The position numbers were made by a program, and so were the translations under genes. This document shows, one piece after another, positions 25,401 through 36,181 of a stretch of DNA of 64,000 nt; the stretch's first letter is position 1; each line of letters starts with the position of its first letter. Location: contig CAJINV010000004.1 of assembly GCA_905178155.1 (NCBI GenBank), positions 6,702,933 to 6,766,932 of the forward strand, written 5' to 3'. The notes under the pieces are model-generated. The model saw only the letters and a program-made list of their open reading frames with translations. It was not told where the DNA came from and did no database searches. The stretch comes from Amoebophrya sp. A120. Taxonomy: Eukaryota > Protista > Dinoflagellata.

Positions 25401-28400
25401 AATCTGTGATGCTAGGGCGTGCATCACAGACATCATGGCTCATGCAAAACGTGCTTCACAACTCTCATAGTCTTCCAGACCCAGACATATTTGCAGTGCA
25501 TAGGGCCCGGCTTTCCACGAAGATCGAGGACAAGAGCGAAATGCTGCACTTCATGCTGAAGCCGGAAAATAGTGAGCCCATGCAGCCAAGGAGCAGCTTC
25601 GTGGGCACAGGAGCAAATAATGCCGCGCAAACAGATAATTGTGAAGAGCCGAAGGAGAAGATTATTCCGCATTTGTTCGGCACGATTTGCGAAATCAACG
25701 AGAACAAGGACGAGAAGGGGACATTGCTGCACAGGCAAGTGCGCGTGAAAATCGCGGGTGGGCTGAAGCTATGCATTGCAAAAGTACAACCGTATAACTA
25801 GCAGGCATCGCTCAACAATTATTTTCAAGAAGAAGAGAGTGTGACGTGTATTGCTTTTTGGGTTTGGCAACGATGTTTGTCAGGCCCAGGCGACGTGATG
25901 TGCAATTTATACGAGCACTTTTGCAGGGGATAGAAGCCGGACTGGGCCATGGAGAGCAAAATGTTAAGGCACGTGAAATATCAAATGCAAATGTGTCTTG
26001 GTCTGGAAAGTTGTGATGCTAATGTCCGAATACTTATACGCAACCTGTGTTAGCAGGGGGGCGCGCATGAGAAGTTTCTGAGCGGCTTTAATGTCTAGCG
26101 TGCGCCGGCGCATGACAAAGAAATCGCCTTCTTGGATGACCACAAACAAGTGGCGCTGTAGCGCAACAAGCATGACAGACTTTTCTGTCTGGTTGGCCAT
26201 CAAGGAGCATGACAAACTTGCAACATTCTTCCAGGCCCGGAGATGATATTTGCAATGCATATGAAAATGGAGATGCCAGAATCGAGCGACAGTGAGGAGG
26301 ACGCGGACGATGACGATGGGAAAGATTCCGCGAGGCTGTCAGCGTCCGACCCGGGTGGCTTAACCGTAACGGCGGAGGAAATCGCGGAAAGAGAAAAGAA
26401 GAGGGAAGCGTATTATAATAGTTTTGGTGGTGGTGGGTTTTGTACTTAAATAACGTTATTAAGCAATACTCAATTTCTATTTCGTATTCGTCTTTGTCTT
26501 GCATGGAGTACAACTCGTCGACTTCGATTTAGCATGACATGATCTCTGTGAAAGAATCTACGCGTCTTCCAACTACAGAGCGCGCAAGGCCCGCGAGGAG
26601 GCACGCATCGAACTTCGGCGCAAGTTGGAAGAGGGTGACAGTTTGACGCGGAATATCCTGAGTGAAAACGTCCCCACACCATAGTCAAGATGGGGAATCG
26701 GCTAGACAAATCCACAAGCTTTGGCTCTTTTGCATGACAAATTTGGATTCGTAGTGTAGTGCTGTTTGAGCTAGCTCAGCAGCATCACAGATCTAGCATA
26801 CCATGCTGATTGGAGCATGACAAATTGCAAAGCACGATTATAAAATGCTTCTCATGGGGCTCCGCATGAGAAACATTTTCAGCATGCAGATTTGCATTAC
26901 AACTATGGGGTGAGGACGTTTTTAAATAGGATACGGAATATCGACGGCGGCTACTGGATATGAAGTGCAAATATGTCTGGGTCTCCTTGAAGTAGAGTTT
27001 GGGCTTGTCATGCACATTTTGCATGACCCGTCAGGTTTGTGATTCTGGTGCTAGCGTCACAGATTCTTTCAGAACGTCTTGATGCTAATTACGCATGACA
27101 AATGCCCTCTCCGCGACGTGCCAAGAGCTGACTCCTCTTGCTGCTCATACAGCACAGATATTTTTAGACTCCGCAGACAGCATTACAAGTCTCACACATT
27201 TGCAGTTGATACTGGATCAACTGGACGGACGTGGTGGACCTGGCCACCCACTTCTCCTTTTACGAGTCCGCGGACAAATTCACCTGTGTGGAGCACTATG
27301 GATTGCAAGAGTGATCGTACTTGTACTAAAGATTGCAGTCATGCATTACAAATGTTCGCATTAAGGGAAATCCGCATTACAAATTCGATTTATCATGCAG
27401 AAGAAATTGAAATTTGTCATGCGCTAGCGATTTCTACTAGTTTAAGTTATTTTACTAGTACGAGTCTCTTGCAATGCATAAGCACGACTCGGTCCCGGTG
27501 GAAGACGCGGAGAGTTCGAAAGTCATGCTGTATCAAAAGGAAAAGACCCCCCTTCCCATATCAGAACGAAATTTCTGATGCTGGATTTGCGTACATAAAT
27601 CAGCCTCGTCTTGCAGTAGAAGAGGACTGCAGGCCCATATCGAGCCTGACTGGAGAGGTTTTGTGACATAGGCGCCCAGCATGACAAAAGTCCATGCTGT
27701 AGGCCTAACAGCATCACAAACCGCTGGCACAATGCGGGGGGCCTTCTCGGATTGCCTTCTTGCAAGACAGAAACGATTTGTGAGTACAAATCAGCATCAC
27801 AAAAGATATCTTTTCAGTAAGGGGAGGTGGGATTATTTTTCCTCGCGATATGCTGCCCACAAAGCCCATGCTCCTCACCGTCCGCGTCCGGCCGAGCAAA
27901 GGTGGACCAGGACAAACAGCGAGTGCAACAACTTCGCCCACTATCATTTGTAAAAACGTCCCCACCCCAGAGTCAAGATGGGGATTTTGCAACACATTTC
28001 TCGAGGTTTTGGGAGCCACGCATGACAAGTTGCAGGCTGTAGTGTATTGCAGTTTAGTAAGGGAAGCCGCATAACAAATCCATCTCCTCATCCTGTTTAC
28101 AGCATTACAAGTTCCAAAATACAATGGGAAATGCCTCTTGTGAGGATGCGCATTACAAATGCTCTTGTGCTTGCAGATCTGCATGATAACTCTGGGGTGG
28201 GGATGCCTTTACACAGGAGACCCACCGATACTTCCTCATCCTCGGAAAAAATCACCGACTCCACGCTGCTGCTCTGGTCTGCCACGCAGCCCGACGGCAC
28301 GCCTGAGGAGGGGGAAGAAGGACTACCCGACGAAGGAGCTAGTCCGGCGGACCCCGCGGAAACGGCGGCGCCAACCAAGGCGTCGTCGAAATCGTCGGGA

Positions 28401-31400
28401 AAAAAAGAAAAAGACGCAGCCGCGGGGTCTGGTACAACAACTTCCCAACAGGAACAACAGGGCGGGTCGACAAGTAGCACGGCCATTCCGACCTGCCAAG
28501 TCGTGCTCGCGGTGGAGCCGATGGACCCATCAGTACATGCGGGGAGCTACTTTTTCCGCGCGAACAACTGGAAGTTCAACAGCTACCCGAACACTACGAG
28601 CACAGGGTCCTCGGGTGGAAAAATATCAAACCCGTTCACGACCGGTTTCCAGAAGCTCGCAAATCACCTTTGTTACGCGAAGAAGGCCGCGGCTGGGAGT
28701 GCTGGTGCAGCAGAGAGCGATCCGGACGCGCCGGACCCGTTCTGCTACTTCGACTACAACCCGCTGGCGCTGTCTGCCACCTGCACACACGTGACGGGTC
28801 CGAACGCGCCAAGGGTGCAGGGGTGTTTCGACGTGCCGGTGGTCGCAAACGGGTCGGAGCTATGCTTCGCAAATATGTCTGGGTCTGCAAGAATGCAGGT
28901 TTCGTTTGTCATGCTTGTCTGGCATGACTCTTAGATCTGTGATGCATGAGCAGGACAAGGCCCTCTTGCCTGTCATGCAAAAACGCAGTTTGCCATGCAG
29001 TAAACGAAACACATAAAAAACCGCTCAAAAAATTGTCATGCTTGGCGGCATATCGCAGTGCGCCCACCATTCACAGATTTGCATCACAACTTTCCGGACC
29101 CAGAACGACTTGCATTTGATATGAGCACTGCTTCTTGCTGATCGAGGATCCGACAAAATCGGGAGCGAAACACCAGGTGTTGCTGAAAAAGTGCAGCGTG
29201 CCTAGTTCTGTATCAGGAGCCGAAACTACGACGCTGATGAACTACGAAGCCAGGGCGACATTCGTCGAGCCCGCGGACTACCTGGAGCAACGAGCACACA
29301 TCCCGGTTCTGAAGATCGGAAGAGCACCGGACTGCGAAGACCCCCCGGTCACCTACCCAGCCGGGTACAGCCTGTGGGCGAAGTGCGAATTTAAATCCCG
29401 CCTCCCCGACACGTATCCTGTGCAAAAGTATCGTACTCGTATAAATGCAGGTCGTTCATGACAGATCTGCTTTTTTAGCTTGTTCTGCATGACAAATTTC
29501 ATTTTTCCTCTAGAAAAAATTTGTCATGCGTTTTGTACTAGTGCGATGCTTTTGTGATGCATAACACGGCGAAACGCACCGTGACCGCCTACACGCACTT
29601 CGCCGGCGACCCGGAGTGCCGCCAGCACCTCCGGCTGCGGCTGTTGGTGCGGCGAAGAGCAGTTTCCGGAGAGCAACTTGTTTTCCCGGTTTGGTCAGAA
29701 ATCGTGTTTGAAACGCCGTTCCTGCCCTTGTTTCAGTTCGACTTACCGGAGGGGGAGGACACGTTTTTGCTTTTGTTGGAGGGAAACATGTCGAAACCCG
29801 TTATCGAACCGGTGTACTACGTGCACTTGTTTGAGCAACTCACCGAACCAACACCCGCGATCGCGCTGGAACCCTTCAGCGAGAGTTACGACGCGAAAAA
29901 AATCGGGTTTTCCAACAGAAAGTTGTACGAAGTGGCTTTGTCGGACCTGAAAACCTTCGATCCGTTGATTCTCCGGGAACGAATCACGGTGGCAGCCGAG
30001 CCGGTTTCGGAAGAGGAGCCAGCGGTGGTCTCCGCGTCCATGCGGGTAACCTGCAACTTTCCCGACGTTTTTTTTATCGCGAAATTGGTGTTGCAGCACC
30101 CGCCAAAGGAGGAGTTTCGGCCGGCGATGAAGGACAGATGGCAGTCGGGGGAGGAAGTTACGGAGGAAGAGGAATTGCCGGCGCTGGAATCGAATGTTAA
30201 CGTAGATCCGGAGGAATTCGGCGGGAGGAAAAATTGGCTGTCCAGTCTGGAAACCATGTGCACGATGGAGGGCAAGGACGCGGTTTCTTTTATCCTGATT
30301 GAAAACGTCCCCACACCAGAGTCAAGACGGGAAATCTGCTAGACAAATCACACAGCTTTGGTTGTTTGGCATGATAAGTTTGTCCTCGTAGTGTGGTCCT
30401 GTTTAGCTCGCTCAGAATCATCACAGATCTAGCATAGCATGCCGATCCTCGCATCACAAATCCCAAAACACGCAAAACGAAATGCTTCTCATAGGGCTCC
30501 GCATGAGAAACTTTTTTGGCATGCAGAATTGCACGACAACTCTGGGGTGGGAACGTTTTTACTCAGGATATCCTTCCCGCACCTGGAGCTCCAGGGCAAC
30601 GCGACCTACATCCTGCAGATCGAACTAGACAGCAGCCGGTGCGTGGAGAGAACGGAGGTGCCGGTGAACAATGCGGAAATAGTCGCCTCTGAGGCGAATG
30701 GAGAGGAGCCAGCGGAAGAGGAGGAAGGAGCAGCTGAGAAGCCAGAGCCGTACAAATGGCGGTTAGAAATATTCGCCGACGGAGATCTGCAGGTCGGAAA
30801 CGACACCACTGAGTTTGACTTGGAAGCGATTGTCATGAAGAAATGGGCGAAACTGGCGGGCGTCCCCGCGGCGGAAAGGGAAGAAAAGGCGGAGGTAGCG
30901 AGGAAAGAATGGCTCGAAGGAGGGGATCAAGGGTATATTATGAAAACCGTATAACGTTTCTTGTAGGTGTGGCTCCTGAATTATCATCGGTTGTAACAGA
31001 CGGCAAGCATCTTCCTGTATCGTGATGGTGCTTTTTGCAAAGTCTAAATCAAGATCAACTTTTTGAGTTGGCCGGGTCCACCTGAAGCTCATGCTCAATG
31101 TGTGAAACAAAAAGATGTGAAAATAGAGTAGGCGTGAGCCTGCGGGCCTAAATTCCGGTGGGTTGGTCGGTTGGTTGGTTGGTTTTGGACAGACGACATT
31201 TGAGCGAATTTCCGATGTATGGAAACACGGCTTCGGGGTTCGGGCGCAGGATGGGCCTGCAGCTGCAGGCAGTTGTCCGTAACTTCCTCCGGTGGGTTGG
31301 TCGGTTATGTACAACGCAGAACCAAGTTAATCTCCGCTGCGCGCAGCACAAATCTGTGCTGCGCACAAATCTGTGCTGCGTGTTGCGCGCAAATCTGTGT

Positions 31401-34400
31401 TGCGCGCAGCTCGCCGGAGACACAAATCTGTGCTGCGTGGACGCAAATCTGTGTTGCGCGCAGCGCAAATCAGTGTTGCGCGCAGCTCGCCGCAGACACA
31501 AATCTGTGCTGCGTCGACGCAATCGGAGCTCCGGGGGGCCTCGTGAGGATTTGCGCGAGATAGAAAGAGGTCGGGGCTCCAGTGCTGCACTTTTCTCCAG
31601 CCAAGACCTGCGCTTCCTCAACCCAAGCAAAACACACTTGGGAAATAGAGACAAACTCGCGCAAAATTTGGATCAGCCCCCGCTTGGTCATGCCGGGCGG
31701 GCGGGGGCTTTTTGCGCAACCCCTTGGCTGCGCGAGCCCCTTGCTTGCAAACCCCTCGATAATAAATTGGGCCCCTGAGCATGCAGCTGCTCTCCCGCCC
31801 GGCTTCTCTTGAAGGCAGCCAAAGAATGAAAGTTCCACTTCTTGCCTGCCTTCAACATGTTTTCCCGAATCGGTTGTATGATTTCGGGGCTCCAGGCAGA
31901 AATCCGGGCCGCTGGCTAACAAATATTGGGTCGGGCGATTAATCTGCGCTGAATGATCAAGAAACCCAAACAAAGCCCACACACCTGCAAAGCCTAATCA
32001 GGAAGCCAGCCTCGCGCCGGTTGGGGCTTTTTAGAAGGGTCAAAAATATCTATCGCCCCACCCGCCCACCAGGCTGGTGGGTGGGTAGGTCGGTAGGCGT
32101 GGCCAAGGGGCAGCGCACGCTCGTGCCACCCACCCACCAGCGAGGTGGGTGGGTAGGTCGGTGGGCGTGGCCAATAGGCAGCGCGCGCTCCCTCGCCGCA
32201 CCCACCCACCAGGCTGGTGGGTGGGTAGGTCGGTAAGCGTGGCCAAGAGGCAGCGCGCGCTCCCTCGCCCCACCCGCCCACCAGGCTGGTGGGTGGAAAG
32301 GTCGGTAGGCGTGGCCAATAGGCGGCGCGCGCTCGTCTCAGACCCCCACCTGCCTGGTGGGTGGGCCGGTCGCTCGGCAGGCGTGGCCAATAGGCAGCGG
32401 AGGCTTGCTCCACCCACCCACCAGGCAGGTGGGCGGGTAGGTCGGTAGGCGTGGCCAAGAGGCAACGCACGCTCACCCCACCCACCCACCAGCGAGGTGG
32501 GTGGGTAGGTCGGTAGGCGTGGTCAATAGGCAGCGCACGCTCGCCCCACCCGCCCACTAGGCCCGTGGGTGGGTAGGTCGGTAGGCGTGGCCAAGGGACA
32601 GCGCACGCTCGCCCCGCCCACCCACCAGCGAGGTGGGTGGGTAGGTCGGTGGGCGTGGCCAATAGGCAGCGCACGCTCGCCGCACCCACCCACCAGGCTG
32701 GTGGGTGGGTAGGTCGGTGGGCGTGGCCAATAGGCAGCGCGCGCTCCCTCGCCCCACCCATCCACCAGGCTGGTGGGCCGGTAGGTCGGTAGGCGTGGCC
32801 AATAAGCAGCGCGCGCTCCCTCGCCCCACCTACCCACCAGGTGGGTGGGTAGGTCGGTAGGCGTGACCAGTAGGCAGCCGGCTCTGGGTGGAAAGGCACG
32901 CATAGGTAGGTAGGTGGGCCGGTGCGATCATGGTATTGCAATGAATCGAAAAGACGCCTGGTAGGTGGGTAGGTAGGCAGCTGCGGCAGTAATAGTGGAT
33001 GAATCTCAGAAAAACACAAAACACAATGTAGCGGGTTCGGTGGGTCAAATGTCGTCTGTCCAAAACCAACCAACCAACCGACCAACCCACCGGAATTTAG
33101 GCCCGCAGGCCCACGCCTATTGTGAAAATATGACAAACAGGGAATACGAAGCCGTGTTTATGTGCAACATCGACACGGCCGAATCTACGGAAGCAGAAGA
33201 TCCGCCAAAAACCAACGCGCAGAAAATCGAGGAAAAATACACACACTCCCTATCCAAGGATGGGCACATGAACCCGCACATGTTGATATCAAATGTAAAA
33301 ATGTCTGGGTCTGGAAGGTTGGAGCTTGTGATGCTAATTCTGGATGATGCAAAAATCTGTGTTGCATGAATGCCAAAAGTTGCCCACTAAGTTGAGAGGA
33401 AGTTTCTCATGCAGGATAGGCATGATAGCGATAGGGATCCCGCAGAATCTGTCATGCTAGGTCCTGCACTCCAGATGACATGGATCATGGAAAATCTGCA
33501 TGACAAGTGTCAGAATCTTCCAGACCCAGATATTTTTACAATCCATAGCTGAAATTTCTCTACGACACGCTAGAGAAAGAGCCCCTGATATCCTGAGTAA
33601 AAACGTACCCACACCATAGTCAAGATGGGAAATCGGCTAGACAAATCCACAAGTTTTGGCTGTTTTGCATGACAAATTTGGATTCGTAGTGTAGTGCTGT
33701 TTGAGCTAGCTTAGCAGCATCACAGATCTAGCATACCATGCTGATTGGAGCATGACAAATTGCAAAACACGACTAGAAAATGCTTCTCATGGGGCTCCGC
33801 ATGAGAAACATTTTCAGCATGCAGATTTGCATTACAACTCTGGTGTGGGTACGTTTTTACTCAGGATACCTGATCGAGGTGGACACGGGCATGGGGCCGA
33901 AATTTGTGGATTTATCCAAGGAGGAAGTGGGCACGTCCGAGGCAACCACCCAGAAATGGGAAGGCTATAAGGAGGAGTGTTCGAAGTCCATTGAAATGAA
34001 CAAGGAAAACTTTACGAAGGTCGTGGAATGGTATAAAGTTTTTGAAGATGTTCATGTGGATGCTTCATCGATTTGGGCTTGGTTGGCGCAGCAGTACCCG
34101 TAGCGGATGCAGAATCAGTTGAATATTATCAGTTGTTACTTTCGCATATGAGAATGAGGGTGCTAAATGTTGTTTCACGAAAACAGAACGGCTGCTCGTC
34201 TTTTGCAGCGCAATGGCAATTATAAAGAACCAAGTATTATAAAGAACCAAGTAAAAGAAAAAGAAAATAAATGCCTCCTGTGTCTAGGTATGCCGCGTTA
34301 CCATACGGCGAGACGGCACTGACAGAGACGCGCGAAGCGCTAGTCGCCTACACGAACACGCGATGGGAGAAGCGGGATGCGTTGAGTGAAACTTTATTGA

Positions 34401-35124
34401 AGGAGGAGTTCGACCTCGAAGCACTGAAAACCGCAGTCAGTGAAGCGATTGAGGCGGATGTCAAGGTAGTACAATATCGTGTGTACTAGTACGAGGACCC
34501 TGGGGAAGACGAAGAGTTTAGTACTTGGGTTTGTCATGCGAGCTGAACATCCATGCATGTTGCAAAAATGCATACCAAAACGCTTGATACTAATCCAAAA
34601 AAACACAGATCATCAGCCCGGACCTGGTATCCTCGGCCGAGGCCCGTGTGGACCTTGATGCGAGGATGGCGACTCTGGAAGAAAAAGTGACCGCGTACGA
34701 GGAACTAAAGACTGCCCTTGAGGAGCCAGTGGAGGAAGTAACGGAAGAGAGAACGAAGCAGGAAGAGCAGGCGGTGACATTGGTATTGATAAAGATTTTT
34801 TTGTCATGCATAACCTGCAGCAGGAGTTCAGATTCCAGTATTATCAATGCATAGTCGTGCTGGCCACAACTAACTGCTGGCCTATTTTTACTCTTAAGTA
34901 CGCTCCTTGTTACGTTGGTCCCTTCGAAAGAAAGAGCCAGCAAAACAAGAACCTACTTTACTTAGGTCGACGAGCTTCGCGTCGAGCTGGAGGCGGCGCA
35001 GGCCACAGTCACCAAAATCCTCCCGGTGGGGGAGACCGCGGTGCCGCTGGGCGAGCGCTGGGCAGGCCTGTCCGAGAAGGTCGGTGCGATCACTGCACCA
35101 CCAGAGGCGGGAGAGGACGAGTAG
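22487..35124 (+). CDS. ADGB: Androglobin-like (calpain-like domain) protein; 16 introners plus several GT-AG introns
   Basis: PIINPSGKYVVKLFIMGKWRAVVVDDTVP, LWCQILGKAILK, LHLLTGYIP and C-terminal WRLEIF..NDT..IVMKKWA..EREEKAEVARKEWL resemble androglobin N- and C-terminal regions (recognised from memory, no search run); exons join in frame to TAG 35122-35124. Confidence 0.65.
22779..22994. mobile_element. Introner, family B (right end mutated to AAA)
   Basis: TSD tggag/tggtg; in-frame W-S-N-G-G-A-E. Confidence 0.82.
23030..23170. mobile_element. Introner, family A
   Basis: TSD agccg/agccg. Confidence 0.9.
23243..23496. mobile_element. Introner, family H (TATGGCGTTCTCAAACGTTACATTCTCAAC TIR)
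   Basis: ~30-bp TIR; TSD cctgg/cctgg. Confidence 0.9.
25232..25502. mobile_element. Introner, family D
   Basis: TSD gggcc/gggcc. Confidence 0.9.
25770..25932. mobile_element. Introner, diverged family A-like
   Basis: TATGCATTGCAAAAGT...ACTTTTGCAGGGGATA; TSD gaagc/gaagc. Confidence 0.85.
25979..26261. mobile_element. Introner, family D
   Basis: TSD tgaaa/tgaaa. Confidence 0.88.
26654..26933. mobile_element. Introner, family C (TATCCTGAGTAAAAACGTCCCCACACC TIR)
   Basis: TSD cggaa/cggaa. Confidence 0.9.
26959..27211. mobile_element. Introner, family D (degenerate)
   Basis: TSD ctgga/ctgga; in-frame Y-W-I-N-W. Confidence 0.85.
27297..27480. mobile_element. Introner, family A variant
   Basis: TSD agcac/agcac. 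Confidence 0.87.
27531..27850. mobile_element. Introner, family E (AAAA(A/G)(A/T)CCCCCTTCCC TIR)
   Basis: TSD tgctg/tgctg; homologous to 59147 and, inverted, to 56890. Confidence 0.9.
27942..28220. mobile_element. Introner, family C (right end AGA)
   Basis: TSD cccac/cccac. Confidence 0.87.
28861..29121. mobile_element. Introner, family D
   Basis: TSD ggagc/tgagc. Confidence 0.85.
29414..29563. mobile_element. Introner, family A
   Basis: TSD acacg/acacg. Confidence 0.9.
30291..30570. mobile_element. Introner, family C
   Basis: TSD tcttt/tcctt. Confidence 0.88.
31336..31515. repeat. Short tandem array of CAAATCTGTG(C/T)TGCG units
   Basis: About 7 degenerate copies inside the TIR element. 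Confidence 0.8.
32053..32880. repeat. ~60-62-bp GC-rich minisatellite (~13 copies), each with a CCCACCCACC/GGTGGGTGGG hairpin
   Basis: ccacccaccaggctggtgggtgggtaggtcggtaggcgtggccaataggcagcgcgcgctc repeated. Confidence 0.9.
33287..33547. mobile_element. Introner, family D
   Basis: TSD gttga/gctga. Confidence 0.88.
33589..33868. mobile_element. Introner, family C
   Basis: TSD cctga/cctga; very similar to 26654-26933. Confidence 0.92.
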
Positions 35125-36181
35125 GTGGGTATTTATTTGCTTCGATTATGAATAATGTGAGGCACCAGGATCTTCATATAGAAGTACACATCGAGATCGA
35201 GGAACAGATACAACAAGAACCCAAGTTAGTAGACTATTGTGTCAAGGTAAAAAACTCAAGCCAGAAAAAAAGAGTAGTACTACCCATTTGTACGAACCTT
35301 CTCCGATGAACAAGTGTGACACCGTCCTGATTCGACTCATATTATTCACCTGTATCATTTGTATCGATGAAATGTCACCTGTACAAAGGATGATTATCTT
35401 GTCGCGGAAGCACAGTCGATTCGATTTTTGCACCAGGTCACATTAGAGGACAACATCCTTTTTATTCTGAATTAGATTCGATGACACCGACGAAAAAGGA
35501 CCAAAACCAGACGATCGGCACGCTGTTGAGAATAGTATCAGAAGCTGAAACAGTAACTGCGAGTAGGTTGAGCATTTCTGGTTCTTGATGAAAGCGAGAT
35601 TTGTAAATCTGTGGGTTCTGAAAGAGCTCTTCCGCTGAAGAAGGTGCTGCATAGTAGAAAGCAGTCCTCGTAATTGGAATGGCCCTTATTTCCAGGTTCT
35701 GGATCAATGTATGAGTATGAAAATGAAATGCAGCTAGTCCTCGATCCTTGCTAGAAGTAGCTGCACTCAGATCACCCCGAAAACCAAGATCTCTGAACAA
35801 GCGGGATCCAGCAGGAGCATGATTTGACACTTCCTTCGGAACAGTTCAAGAGAAAATATAAAATTGTGTCGTGGTTCTGGTTGCGAAATCATAATCCACA
35901 AGCAAAGGCTCTTCACGGTCACAGAGACGATGATCCAGTAAAAGGTGAGAAGCAAGCTTGAAAAGAAACTCGCCTTCACCTCTGCACAAGATCTCGGAAG
36001 TGTTGTTCAGGCATTATTTTGTGCAAAGTAAACATCTTTTCAACCAATACATGACCTCGCAGCACGACGCATTCAAGTAGATTTCATTATCGATCGTTTG
36101 TTCTACTGCACCGCTGTTGAATATAACAAAGTAAGAAAAGAAAAACAACCCTCTAGCTGCAGTCAAATTTTTTCCAAAAAA

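Larger units (their letters stand above)
31126..33120. mobile_element. Non-autonomous Mutator/foldback-like TIR element inside a GT-AG intron (30933-33140)
   Basis: ~75-bp TIR TAGGCGTG(A/G)GCCTGCGGGCCTAAATTCCGGTGGG...GACGACATTTG; 10-bp TSD tgtgaaaata (31116-31125 and 33121-33130). Confidence 0.85.

Noticed and set aside
32053-32880. CRISPR array
   Set aside because: Units are head-to-tail degenerate copies without unique spacers, there are no cas genes, and the context is a eukaryotic intron
31994-33136. 380-aa minus-strand repeat protein
   Set aside because: Artefact of a stop-poor minisatellite
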